The notes under the pieces are model-generated. The model saw only the letters and a list, made by a program, of their open reading frames with translations. It searched no databases and was not told the DNA's origin. DNA of 63,202 nucleotides, counting the filler, from Vannella sp. (taxonomy: Eukaryota), in NCBI GenBank assembly GCA_023345925.1. It is 5 parts of 5 records of this genome, joined end to end, with 100 filler letters (N's around TTAATTAATTAA, not from the genome) between each part and the next. Parts side by side here need not be neighbours in the genome. Positions count along the whole stretch, not along the records: positions 42,054 to 58,800 come from JAJQQN010001029.1; 4 more parts are not named here. One strand, written 5' to 3'. Shown piece after piece: positions 45,690 through 57,860 of this stretch (the stretch's first letter is position 1; each line of letters opens with the position of its first letter). The position numbers and the translations under genes were made by a program.

Positions 45690-47342
45690 TTACTTGGCGG
45701 TGCTCATGTATGAAGAGCAATCGATTTGGGCAGGCATGACGGGAATGTTGACCACGAAGCGTTCCTGTACTTGATTGAGAACGGCAGCTTCATCCTCAGA
45801 GCAGACAAAGGAGATAGCAAGACCCTTAGTACCGAAGCGACCGGCACGACCCACTCGGTGAAGGTAACTGTCAGCCTCGAGAGGCATGTCGAAGTTGATG
45901 ACGACGTTGATCTTGGAAACATCGACACCACGGGCGAACAAGTCAGTAGTGACGAGAATTCGCTTGCGGAACTCCTTGATTTCATCAAAGCGAGCAATTC
46001 TGCAATTCGAGGGGTGAGTACGCTCTTTTGTCCTGTAGGCGCGCTTCTTACCGCTCCTCTTGCTTGAGACGTCCGTGGATGACGGTGGCAGGGAAGTTGC
46101 CATCGACCAAGACCTTGCGGAGGTGCTCAGCGCGGTCAACCGACTTGGTGAAGATAACCACTTGGTTGAACTCTACAGCGTCGAGGATGTCGAAGAGCTT
46201 CTTGAGCTTCTCTTTCTCAGGGAGGCTCACGTAGAACTGTTGGAGACCGTGGAGTGTGAGCTTCGAGTTGTCAGTAACAAAAATCTCAAGAGGCTATTCT
46301 TGTGGTTAGTGAGGTCCTGGAGGAGGAGTTCTCCTACGTTTCTCATGAACCTCTTGCAAACCGGTCGGATCTTCTCGCTGAGAGTGGCGGAGAACATCAT
46401 CACCTGCTTTTGATGAGGGGTCTTTTGGAAGACAGCTTGGACGTCTCTTCTCATATCTACAACAATTTAGAGAAGGGTAAGGCTCTTCAAGGAACTTACC
46501 GAGAGTCTCGAGGCAGCGGTCGCACTCGTCAAGAACAAAGTGCTTCAGGTTCTTGAGGTCAAGAGAACCGTCGGTCACCAGTTGCTTGATGCGACCGGGT
46601 GTGCCAATAACAATCTTTGGAGGGGTTTTCAACGCCTTCTGATCCTGGGCGATGGGGATACCACCGAAAAAGACGCCAACACGCACATTCTCCATGTGGC
46701 GGATGAAACGTTCAAATTCGCTCGAGATCTGGTGAGCCAGTTCACGTGTGTGGGCAATCACCAAAGCTTGCACGCCAGCATCTTCGGTGCTGTCCTTCAA
46801 CTGTTCAAGAACAGCGATGACGAACACGGCGGTCTTGCCCATTCCACTCTTGGCCTGGCACAGGACATCAGTACCGAGGATAGCTTGAGGGATGCACTGG
46901 TTTTGCACTGAAAGAGAGAAGAGAAGCCACAGGAAATTGTAAGTTTGGTTCGACAAGCCACTCTCAAAGCCACAAGAAATGCAGTGATTTGCATCTTCAA
47001 GTGCTGGAGTGATTGATATAGTTCGGCGTACCTTCGGAGGGATGCTCAAAGCCACGATCGGAGATGGCGCGGGTCAGTGCGGGGGACAGCAAGAGATCAT
47101 CAAAGCTGGTGGCGTGCATGGACGTGTAGGTGTCCTCATCATTTTTGCTATTTTGTAGAAGCAGAGCCCAGTGTCAGTTGGGACGGCACAGCGACTTGGG
47201 GTGACAGTTGGCGAACCAGAAAGTCATACGTGCGAGAAGCGCTTCACACTCACGCAGTCGAATCTTTTTCTCCAGCCTCGTTCTGGAACTCATCCTCTTC
47301 ATCATCGTGGTAGTCTTGAAGGTCATCGAATTCGGTGCTCAT
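45690..47342 (-). CDS. UAP56: DEAD-box helicase UAP56/DDX39B/Sub2 (multi-exon)
   Basis: [48 protein letters not shown]. Confidence 0.95.
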
Positions 47343-47529
47343 GGTTGAAGGCTTCGGTCTAGAACAGGGAAAGAAGAACTGACCAAATCTTTCCTACTAA
47401 ATTCTTCAATCTTTTTTATAATGCGTAAACCGTTCTAAGCCTCACATTAACTTTCGCCTTCTTATTTCAAACGAAACTTTGGGGCTGAGTGCTTCAGTTT
47501 TCGTTGGCCTCATGGTGAGTGCAAGTTCT

Positions 47530-47621
47530 GCGGAGTAGTTGCAAAGAGGACACAAAATAGAAAGACAAGCATATTGCTTAATACCCATGTGGATAAAACT
47601 TGGCTGAGCAACCTACTCCGC
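47530..47621 (+). ncRNA. Candidate intronic box C/D snoRNA
   Basis: 13-bp terminal stem, AAA bulge + GAGGA facing CTGA (K-turn geometry), inside the 140-nt GT-AG intron 47515-47654. Confidence 0.55.
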
Positions 47622-47726
47622 CTCTCCCTTTCTCCCTCTAACCCACTCTCGTAGACTTCATCATGGCAATAGCTGATCCCTCTTTTTGAGTGTCTATAAA
47701 AGCAGTTTTCTATTCTCCCATTGAGC

Positions 47727-48068
47727 ATGGCATCTCTCCCTTTGTGTCAGTACGGAGCGAAGTGCTACCAGACCAGCGCCCAACACCTCGCCAAGTACTC
47801 TCATCCAAAGCCAAGTTGTAAGTATGGGGACAAATGTACAGATACAACTGCGGCCCACAAAACCAGGTTCTCGCACGCAGGATCAGCCCCAGCTGAGGAA
47901 GAGGCCGAAGAGATAGATGATGATGAAGAGGTAGAAGAACCAATCTCCGTTGCTCCCTCTTCCAGTGGCAAGAGTCCTTGTTCATTTGGCGAGTATTGCT
48001 ACCGAACAGAGAAAGCTCACCGCAGGGACTTCGAACACCCCAAGAAGAGTGCGATCCTCCTTCCATGA
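47727..48068 (+). CDS. Small protein with three PBZ (PAR-binding) zinc fingers
   Basis: CQYGAKCY..H..YSH, CKYGDKC..H..FSH, CSFGEYCYR..H..FEH. Confidence 0.8.
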   Translation: MASLPLCQYGAKCYQTSAQHLAKYSHPKPSCKYGDKCTDTTAAHKTRFSHAGSAPAEEEAEEIDDDEEVEEPISVAPSSSGKSPCSFGEYCYRTEKAHRRDFEHPKKSAILLP

Positions 48069-48101
48069 AGATTTGGCAATGAAAACAAAGGTTTATTGAC
48101 C

Positions 48102-49590
48102 TTAGTCAGCATAGACAAGGTCTTCATCACTTGCCGTCACCTTCTGAGCGAAGTAGGAGTAGGTTCCAGCGTTCCTGAGGCAGACGGATGTGGGATGCTT
48201 TTGGGCCAAGTCGTGGGCTAATTCTTGTCCCAGTACCATATCAATGGCACCAGCAACATCATCGAACCGAACAAAGGCCTCGAGAAGTGTGCTAGCTCGC
48301 TGGGTGGCATCGAGAGAGAAGAAGAGAGGGCACACATGGATGGTCTTGCTTGAGTCACGTGGAAGTAGCCATGTAGTCTGTCCAGGAGTACAGAAGAGTC
48401 TGAGGTCTTTAAGGCCTTCCTTCTCCCTACTGCCGATGACGTTTTCCTTTTGCCTCGCTCGGAGGTTGTCAGAGTACAATGGGGCGTACTTGGCCAAGAG
48501 CTCCTCCGGGTCTTCTCTCACTTCAGTGTTGTAGAACCATTCCTCCCGGGCCTCTTCACAGATGATCCAGGAAGGAACGAGGGTGGCAACCTTCTCGAAG
48601 ACCCCTTGCAGTTTCTCGACGGTGCTTTGCTCAGTTCCACTCTTTCCGAACCATTCAAGGAGAGTGTGCATCTTGTAGCCTTCTTCTTCGACTCCTTGAA
48701 GGAAATCCACAACCTGCTTGCCCATCTCCTTGGCCAGGACGAGAGCAGCGTTCAACTTGACCTCTTGTGAGTCGCCACAGGTCTTGATCTGTGTCTCCTT
48801 GTTGATCTCATTGACGGACACTCGAGAGTTGAGGCATGTATCGGTATCAAAGACGTCCAAAAGCCGGCCATTACCCCAGGCTCGGTTCTTCGTGTAAGTG
48901 TTCGTGTCCTTGTCGTAGTAGTAAACGGGGTAGTCCATGTGGATGGTGTAGGTACCATCTTTACTGATCTCGTACATTTTAGCAACATCCAGCTCGAGAA
49001 CGTAGTCTGCTGTGTAAGTGGAGAGACGGCTGTGGACACGGACTGCTCGGGCCATTTCGATCAACACTTTGTCCCGGATTCTTCGTGGTGGAGGGAAGAT
49101 GTGAGTGGAGACAGGACCAACGTATTTGCTGCTGAGCTCAGGTTCTTCTCTTTCTCCATAGATGGAGAGGAAGTCGCCCCAATAGCCCTCAAACGGGGTG
49201 TTGTAGGGGACTACACTAAGATCCATATCATGATGCGCGTGTTTGAGGTTAAGACGGAGGTAGTACGGCTCTGCGGTGCAGGGGTACATCTGCATAGGAT
49301 CGCCAATAGGGAACTCGTTGGTAATGCGATTTACCAGCGAGGAGAATGGGACCCCTTGAAGTTCTCCTTGTTCCCCCACGGGGTAAAAGTCAAGAGCAGG
49401 ATTGATAGCTCCAAACACAACACACGCAAGGATACCGATGAAAGTCAGCGCGCACCAAGCCATGGCAAAAGAAACTGGATCCCCACTACTCAAAGCAAAC
49501 TAAAATTTCTCCCTTTCCCTTTTTGGGCGATGACGTCACCCTCACCAACTTGTTGAAAGCAGTCGACTTTGAACGAGCCAACCAGCTCAT
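48102..49590 (-). CDS. Membrane-anchored M35 (aspzincin)-like protein lacking HExxH
   Basis: TM helix, YNTPFEG prodomain motif, IHVCPLFF..RASTLLEAFVRF..GQELAHDLA..NAGTYSYFA; 5' exon uncertain. Confidence 0.65.
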
Positions 49591-49881
49591 TCAGGTGAAT
49601 GGGACTGTTTGAATGCATCGACTTGGTTCTGAGGTTTGCAGGAGCGAGTCCTCTCGTCTGTTTCACTGTTCAGTGTTGTTTTCGAAGTCCCTTCTTGTCT
49701 CAATGGAAGAGAAGTGAATGGACTAAAGCACCTCCCTTGGACATGCCTTCTGTCGATCGACCTGGCTACTTGAAGGAGGCATTGGAGTGAAGTTGAATGC
49801 TCTCAGTAGAAGCTGAGGCTGTCACATCTAGCGGGGGTCAGGCATTTCCCCTCGGATCGCGCATTTCCCCTCCGCCGCGTC

Positions 49882-52320
49882 ATGTCGTCGCGCTTCGGGA
49901 AGCCTTTTAACTTTCATCACGAGTGGATGAGATTGGAGACCTGTTTAGTGGCGATGTTTGGCATGCGTGGGTGGGAAGGGATCTCTTCTTGTAGCTTCAT
50001 GTCGTAGGTTCTCGTTATCGCCTCATCACACGGCCCTCATGTGTTCTTATCTCCCCGTTTAGCTCGATCTATCGCATCTGCGTCGCAAAGACGACCACTG
50101 TGTCCTTCTCAGAGATCTTGTATCATACGCTTCGTGTCTTCCTCGAAGGACATGTCGCTGACATCGCCAAGGAGCTCAGTAACGTGGATTCGGCTGACTT
50201 TCTTGCCGAGTACGTGCGCCAGTGGTCCCAATACTCGTTTGGGGCTGAGGGATCGGAGCCCTTGTTTGACTACTTAGTAAGCACTTCTTTGTTTGCCTCT
50301 TTCCTTGGCCTTACAGTCGCGCTCTGCACAGGAGAAGCATTGGATCCACACTCAGATCTTCCCTGACCCGCTCCACGAGTCTTCCATCATACTAGATGAT
50401 CCTCAGATCATTGGCGATACAAGTATATGCTTCTTCGTACCGGTAAGAGCTTCCCAGGCCCCTCCCTCTTCCTAATTGTCCAAGCTTGCCATGAGAACGT
50501 GGCGTGAGAAGCTGTTTCATCGATTCAGCAAGAGGATATCAGAAGAGACTCTCTCTCTCATCCGAAAGGATCGCAATGGCGAAGGCATCCAGCAATCAAT
50601 CGTCTCCGAAGTTGTCTTAAGTTTGGTCCGGATGAACGTGGACCACAAAGGGAAGGGCGAAGACGCGCCCTCGATTTATGGGGAGTGCTTTGAAGCCCCT
50701 TTTCTTGAAGAGACGAGGACTTACTATGCACGGGAGGCTCCAGAGTATATTCAAACTCACGGACTTTGGAGTTACTTGGAGAAGGCACTTGATCGCCTGG
50801 AAGAGGAAAGGATTAGGGCCGCAAGATATCTCCAACCTATTTCACTTGGAGCAGCTTCTACAGTTGTTTGTGAGGTGCTGATTGCCGACCACCAGAGCCG
50901 TATGAACGATGAGTTTGCTCAACTCCTTGCGGGGGAGCAGGAGATGCATCTCCATCGATTATTTTTACTGCTTAGGTCCATTGATGGCGGCCTCGTATCG
51001 GTAACACGCCAGTTTTCTGATTACATTAAGTCCTATGGCCTCGGTCACTTGGCCCGTCTGATTTCAGAGGATTCCCAAGCAAAGGAAACTGACGACGCTT
51101 TTGTTGTCTCTTATACAGAGTCCCTTCTGGAGATCTACCTCAAGTTTAGCAAGCTTGTCACCAACATTTTCTGTGATAACTCCCAATTTGTTGTGGCTTT
51201 GGAGGAGGCCTTCCGAACAGTCATGAACCACAATGCTGTCGTTACAGAATCCCCTGGCACTTCAGCACAGCTATTAGCACAATACTGTGACAGAGTGCTT
51301 CGGAAGAGCTCTGCTACCAAGTTGGAAGAAAAGGAATTGGAAAGATGCTTAGAGCACTGCACTCAGCTGTTCAAGTTCGTCAGCGACAGAGATGTATTCC
51401 ACCATCATTATTCCGTTTCACTTGCGAATCGGCTGATCGAGGATTCTTGTCGAGAGGAAGAGCACGAACAGTTCATCATTCGTGGGCTTCAGCAAGTAGC
51501 AGGGATGGAATACACTTCCAAGCTGCAGCGAATGTTCCAGGACATGAAAGTTGCTGAGAGTCTCTCAACCAAATTCAAAGAGTTTTGTGAGGATGAAGAA
51601 GTCCCGCCTCAGAGTGAATTCTCTCCTCTGATCTTGACTTCTGGTACGTGGCCCCTATCTCGTCAATGTGTTGATTTTGTTATTCCTACATCCCTTCGAG
51701 TATGTGTGGAGTCTTTCCAACAGTTCTACGACAAGTTACACAGCGGGCGGTGTCTTACTTGGCTTCATAACTGTTCGAAGGGAGACATTTATGCTCATTT
51801 AGGCGATAAGACATACCAAATCACTATGTCAACTCACATGGCTGCTATCATTTTGTTATTTAATGATGCAGAGCGTCTTTCGTATCTCGATATAAGAGCA
51901 GAAACAAACTTACCCGACTCTGAGCTACGAAAGATTCTTAAATCCCTCGTTGTATCGCGATTAGTTCTGCCAGACAATAAGAAACTCGCAGAAACTACCA
52001 AGTTCAAAGTGAATACTCGATTCAACCACAAACTCCTCAAATTCAAGTTGGGCGGGAAACTCCAAACAGACAAGGCCAAACAATCCACTTCAGCAAACAT
52101 CTCTGATGGCCGGAATCTTCTTCTTCAATCCATTACAGTTAGAATCATGAAGATGCGAAAAGAAATCTCTCATAATCAACTTGTGCAGGAGATTCTGGGG
52201 CAAGCCAGCGCCCATTTTGCTCCCAATGTTTCTCAGGTCAAGAAGGTTATCGAAACTCTCATCGAGAAGGACTTTATAGAACGTGTCAATGGGGAGAACA
52301 AGTATCGCTATCTGGCATAA
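49882..52320 (+). CDS. Cullin (CUL1/2-like)
   Basis: LLAQYCDRVLRK, DRDVF, LANRLI, YTSKLQRMFQD, LTSGTWP, VRIMKMRK neddylation motif, LIEKDFIER, YRYLA; short 5' introns. Confidence 0.92.
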
Positions 52321-52354
52321 ACCTGAATCAAGAGCGCCACTTCCTTCCTAGTCA

Positions 52355-55300
52355 TTATTTGGTTCTCTTCTTGGCTTGGCCTTTCCCTTTTCGTTGAGTT
52401 TTGCTCTTTTCTTTGCTGAGGTTACCAAGACCAGGAGTGGAGACTTTGACGTTGCCAATCATTTGGAGCATAGCTTCGGCATCATTGAGTAAGGAGATAA
52501 GATCTTTCTGTTGAGGGGTGACTCCAGTGGTATTCTTGAAGACATTGATGGAGGTGGACACAGCCCGACCAGTTTTGGAAGTGCCAGGAGTGAGTTTAAC
52601 TTTAAACTTGAAGTCTTTGAGAGCAGAGTACGGCCCACACATGGGGATGGCGTATTGTAGCACATCATCATCGAGGGGAATACCTGTTAGTTCATCGAGG
52701 AAGGATTGATTGGACATGGCCTCCGTGGTGATAGTTTGGAGGTTCTCTTCGCGTTGCTCTTTCATTTGGGTACGTTTCTCTTCCCACTCTTTCTCTTCCT
52801 CTTCAGTGCGTTGGCGGCGTTGTCCATCTTCTCCAATAATGGTGTCCTCTTCAGGTTCTTCCTTGGGCTCTTCCTTGATTCCAGCAGAGCCCAAAATCTT
52901 CATTCGCAAAGCCCTTTCTTCTTCGTCTTGGTCCTGGTACTTGGACTTGATCTTTTTCATCTTTGAAAGTTGTCTCCGGGTCATTTGCTGTCCTTGTTGG
53001 ATCTTGGGGGGTGGCGGTGCGTTCTTGGCGCGTTCTTTTTCAGCCAGAATCTCTTTTGTGGTCTTAGTTGGCTTCTTGGGTGCTTTTGGGACTGTGTTGG
53101 GGTCAATACCCTTCTTAAGGAGTTTTCGGTCGCGAATAGAGATGCGGGCCTTGCTGGCTTTGGAGCTCTCCTCGTCCTCTTCTTCTTCCTCCTCTTCCTC
53201 TCCCATTGAAAAGTCGATCCGGTACTTGTCAGGGATACCAAGATGGGCTGGTTGGAATGATTCGTTCTTTTCTTTTTTAGGTTTCTGTTGGACCTTTGGT
53301 TCTTGGTCACTAATTGCCTTGTCGAGAAGATTTTCCTCAGGTTCATTCTCCTCACTTTCTCCTTCTTCGGGACCCTCCTCGCTCTCTTCTTCTGCACTGT
53401 TGGCTTCGCCCTCCTCCTCCTCCGCTTCCTCCTCTCTCTCCTCTGTTTCTGGTTGCAGGGAATCTTGAGTTTCTGTGGCTGTGACTGAGATAGTTGATTC
53501 GTTAAACGTCTCTGCACCAAGCTTGGCGAAATCGTCGTTGTTCTCGTCCTCTGCAAGCTGGTTGATGGCACGAGCTCTGGCCTTTTCCTTTGCCGTGGAC
53601 AGCTTTGCATCAGGAAGTTCGTCCCCTTCAGGTTTAGCCGAGCGTTCATTAAGGTGGTGCGCCACATAGGCTTCATCTAAGCGGAAAAGAATGCCGTATC
53701 CCATCACGAGCTGGGCAGGAGGCAGAAAGTTCTTTTTCCCTCGAATCATGAAGCTTCCGGTCACCAAATACTCTCCAGAAGGAGCTGTTTTGGAGACTTG
53801 ATGGTGGTACACCCAGTAGGCACTTGTCACTACCTTGGCACTCCATGCGCCACTCCGACAAATAGCCATTTGACCGGCTTGCTCGAGAGTCGCTGGCGGA
53901 ACAACCTTTCCAGTAGGATTCTTAATCACACACGAACTGGCACCGTGAATGTCTGCATGGACATAAAGGTCCCCCTTTTGCATGTAACGTTTCACAATAA
54001 GTTCGTTCTGTTGCGCATCGCGTCCACTAACGACGATATAGTTGTCTGAGGAGACAAACCAATAGAACTTCTCAAACCACAGTTGCTTGCGAAGCTTTTG
54101 GATGCCAGTTTGTACCTTCACCTGCTTAATCTGACGTTCTGCTTTCTTTTGCGCTGCCTTGAGTGCCTGAGTGACTGCAGACTCAGTTTTGTCTTTCTTC
54201 TCAGCCGCAGCTTTCTTGTGGTCGTAGAACCGCTGAGAGTTAGCAAATGCAGAGAGAGAGACGTCGATTTCAACGACTTCAGGCTTGCCAGTCAAGATCT
54301 CCTCGTCCGAGTCGAAGGGCACATTTGACAGTAAGACGGTAATGTGGTTTGTGTCCAACCGCAAGTCGTGGATGATCTCAGCAATACGGTCGCCGTTCTT
54401 CTTCTCCTCTTTCACAATGCGGGCGAGCATCTCCCAGTCCATTGAGTTGGCGATAGCCGAGCGAATAATGAGAATAGCCTTGTCGACATCTTCCACATTG
54501 GCTTGGATAAGGAGCGCCTTGCGCTGAAACTCTTCCACTTTGTTCTCCAACTCAACAATACGCTTTCCTTGATCCCTTTGAACCTTGCCCAGCTTGGTAG
54601 TGACCACACTGGCCTTGACAGTCTTCTGCACATTAATCTTTTGGGACTCAATCTTTGAGTAGAACTCGTCCACAGCCTCATCAAAGGTGGGGAACTCCTT
54701 TGCTTCTTGTGACTCCAATTGCTTGTACAGGAGAGGGACAAAGGCATCGAAGATTGGACCGTTTGCCTCGCTCTCTGCCTTGGCGGCTTGCTCGTCTTGG
54801 GGAGTTTCAGAGTTGGCATCGGCCTCAGCCTTCTCAGCAGCGAGTCGTTCTCGCTCAATGCCTTCTTCCTTTGTGCTTCGCATGACGATCCAGCCCTGAG
54901 AGGGTGAGATTGGCTTCAATGGCGATGAGGGACAGACTTACAGAGAGGCGATGAGGCTCTTCAGCCTTGCGAGCAAACTCCTCTGCTTTCATAAGCTCTG
55001 CGTAGAGGTCAGGGATCTTGCTACGATCGAATTTGGACAGCTTTTGGTTCTGGGAGAGTCCAGCTTCCATCAGACAATGCTGAATGAAAGGTGTTCCAAA
55101 GTCTAGACACTGTGTGAGCCTTCAGACTTCCTTTAACCGTCCCAGGAGGCCAACACTCACCGTAACGGCGCATAACGACTTGTTTCAGAGTCAAGGACTG
55201 ATCCAAGGACTCGATATCACCTGTAAGCTCTTCCAGAGTACAGTGGACGAGCTCTGGATAGTCTCCTGCTTGTACAGGGTACAAGTGGTTGGTGGCGATC

Positions 55301-55740
55301 AAGATATCCGAGTTGGCAGGCTTAAAGGTGCGGAGAAGCGTGAGAATCGAGTATCGGTGGTCTGTCATGATCACGTTGCCCTTTGAATGAAGCTCTACAA
55401 TGATGTGATACGCTGCCTCGCCCGATCCAAAGGTGAGGTCGACCACACGGTCCATCCCAAGTTGCCGAACGTCTTCCAAGCGCTTTGAGCGTACATGCTT
55501 CCGGAGCTTCAGAGTGAAGATGGAAGGGATCTTTGGTATCTCGCGCATGTACTTGGTAGAGTGAATGCGCATCCCCGACTCCACCATCAGGAGCTTCTTC
55601 TCCTTCCCAGTCTCCGCAAGCTTAAACAGGTACGTGCGCCCATTAATGTCGTAGATATTCGACACGCGCATTCCCAAGAAGTTTGCCTTCAAGTTGGCAA
55701 CCATCACGCGGACATCCAACGCAGTAAAACGGTCTTTCAT
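52355..55740 (-). CDS. NEMF: Ribosome quality control factor NEMF/Rqc2
   Basis: MKDRFTALDV, ESGMRIH, WFEKFYWFVSSD, GRDAQQNE, VSKTAPSGEYLVTGSFMIRGKKN. Confidence 0.95.
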
Positions 55741-55834
55741 GCGTCCTCCTTCCCCGAGGGTTCAGCGACGCCAAAAAATGGTCTTTTGGAGCAGCCTTTC
55801 GCTTTTCTAACGAATTGAGTTAGAAGTGTTTGAT

Positions 55835-57796
55835 TTAGGGTGGGGCAGGGTCTTCGGAAGGACTCGGTGCGTTGGATGCGTTGGATTCGATGAGGACATT
55901 TTCCGGGCGGTTTCGCTGTTTCCTGCGGGGGATGCCTGTGGAAGAGGATTTGGATTTGCTATGTGGTTTTCGAACTCTCTTCTCTGGGGTGGGGGTGGCG
56001 CTGGTGGTGGGGATGATTTCGTCTTCGGAATCAGAGAGGATTGTAAAGTCTCTCTCCAAGTGAGAGTCAGCCTCTAAGAATTTGGTCAAAGGGTCTGCTC
56101 TTCTAGTGAGCCGGTCATCTAGGAGTAAGTCCAGATAGATCTCCAGGGAGCGCTGGCGAGATTGAATGACTGAATGGGACATTTTCCCTCCTACTGTCTT
56201 GGGAGGGAGCTTGGGAATGCCTTTGAATAGCTTTTTCATATCTTCGTCCATCTTAGAGAACTGAGAGTATCGCCTTTCTATTTCCCGCGCAGTGCCGTCT
56301 TCAAAGATGACTTGAAGAACATAATACTACTCCCATTGCCCTGTTAAGAAGGAGCCTTATTGGTTCTAGTGACGTACTGTGTAGGCCTTTCCTTTGGCAT
56401 CCGTTGTGTTCTCTGCGGCAGTGATTCGAACGGAGACGATGAGCGAATCTTCCGTATCTGAAGTGGGAACATCCTTCTTCGGCTGAGCTCCGATTGTTGG
56501 CAAGGATGGGAAGATGATCGTATGAGACAAACAAGATTGTACTGCATATTCTAACGTGTCAGGAGAGAACGGTGTCGGAGACTCAACAAAGTGATAAGGC
56601 ATCAGATTACTGGCCGTCGTCTCTTCTGGCAACAATCCCATTCTCTTCAGTGCCACACCGATGAGCTGCGAGCAGAATAGAGCAGTGTTATCATCATCTC
56701 CATGAGCTCCCATCCTTGCTTTCACAAGAGTCCAGGGGTTGAATTGGTAGGGGCGACCTTCCAACTCTAGCAGTAATTCACTTAACGCATCCCTCATCTT
56801 TTCGGTGCGTTCCCCGCTTATACGACGGATTCCAATCACATCACCATCCAGATAGACCTTCAACGCAGAATTGAGAGCGTAACTGGCGACTCCATCGCCT
56901 GTGGCTTCGAAGAGTCGGAGTCCCTTCTTGCCTTGGTCCTTAGCCACCATCGCCACGTGATCCCACTGTGGTGGAGACTTAGTTTGGGAGCGGAATCAAG
57001 TAGTGTGGACATCTTACCTTGCTTTGAGTAGTCATTTTGATGCCGTGAGTCAGGAAATAGCTGCTGCTGATGAGAATGACGTCTCCAACATCCAGTCGGA
57101 TTGGGATAGCGCTGAGTGGCGTTCCATAGTAGCTGATCATACCAGAGTAGGGGTCGATTGACTTATAAAGGAGAAGATGAACCCAGCTAGGATGCTCCTG
57201 GAGTGGGAGAGTCTGATCTGGAGAAGGGACATTCTCTAATTCCAGGCGTAGATCGTGAATCTGATCCCATGGCACATCCCGCAAGTTCACTGATGACTTA
57301 TAACACAAGGTATCGTTGGAGGTGAGCAACCCCCGGTCCTGATCCCAAACTTCCACGCGAATGGGCATCCAAGCTTCATCTGCACAGAAATAAGTGCTGG
57401 AGAGGATGTTACGGTCTTGCAGAGAACACGGCACTCAAACAGAGTATCCCTCTTACAAGGTAGCATCCTGATTCCAAACAGGGCTGGAGTCGTTGAGAAC
57501 GGGAGGAAAGGTCCTCGTTTGCCCCGCAAAGTGAAGGCTACAGAACATATTAAGCGTTCTCTCAGGTGCCGTCTCTATTCTCTTGAGTGAGTGAACGCTT
57601 AGGTCTTGCAGGAACGCCCTCACGAGTGAGCCAAGACGAAAACCCTCCTGTTGTTCGACGCGGGACTAAATCACTGGCATCAAGCACTACCACGCCCTAT
57701 CAGCACATCTCTGGCACACATGATATCCCTACAGATGACATCCAAGAAAGCATGTCGCTTTGTGCGCGTTCTGACCGGACTGGAAGGAGAGGACAT
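55835..57796 (-). CDS. C2 + permuted papain-like (YiiX/YebB, NlpC/P60) + PX domain protein (multi-exon)
   Basis: VEVWDQDRGLLTSND (C2); GDVILI..WDHVAM..PY..LFCSQLI (permuted NlpC/P60); RRYSQF..LPPK..RQRSLEIYL..FL (PX). Confidence 0.7.
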
Positions 57797-57860
57797 GTCC
57801 GCCCCGCCTCCCTCCCAAAGAATGCCCATTTGGGGGCTCTGACACACTGAAAGTAGATCT

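Noticed and set aside
49742..49872. Hairpin ATGCCTTCT/AGGAGGCAT and duplicated GCATTTCCCCTC before the cullin
   Set aside because: No H/ACA or C/D boxes in place; the direct repeat is likely just a doubled initiator-like motif.
31766..52320. Apparent cluster of F-box-NACHT, F-box-ANK and cullin as a co-located SCF system
   Set aside because: The NACHT gene is on a different contig from the other two, and the cullin is separated from F-box-ANK by unrelated genes.
39007..57815. Shine-Dalgarno-like GAGGAGG/AAGGAGG before ATGs at 39006, 55740 and 57796
   Set aside because: These are intron-containing eukaryotic genes with variable spacing, and GA-rich sequence is common here.
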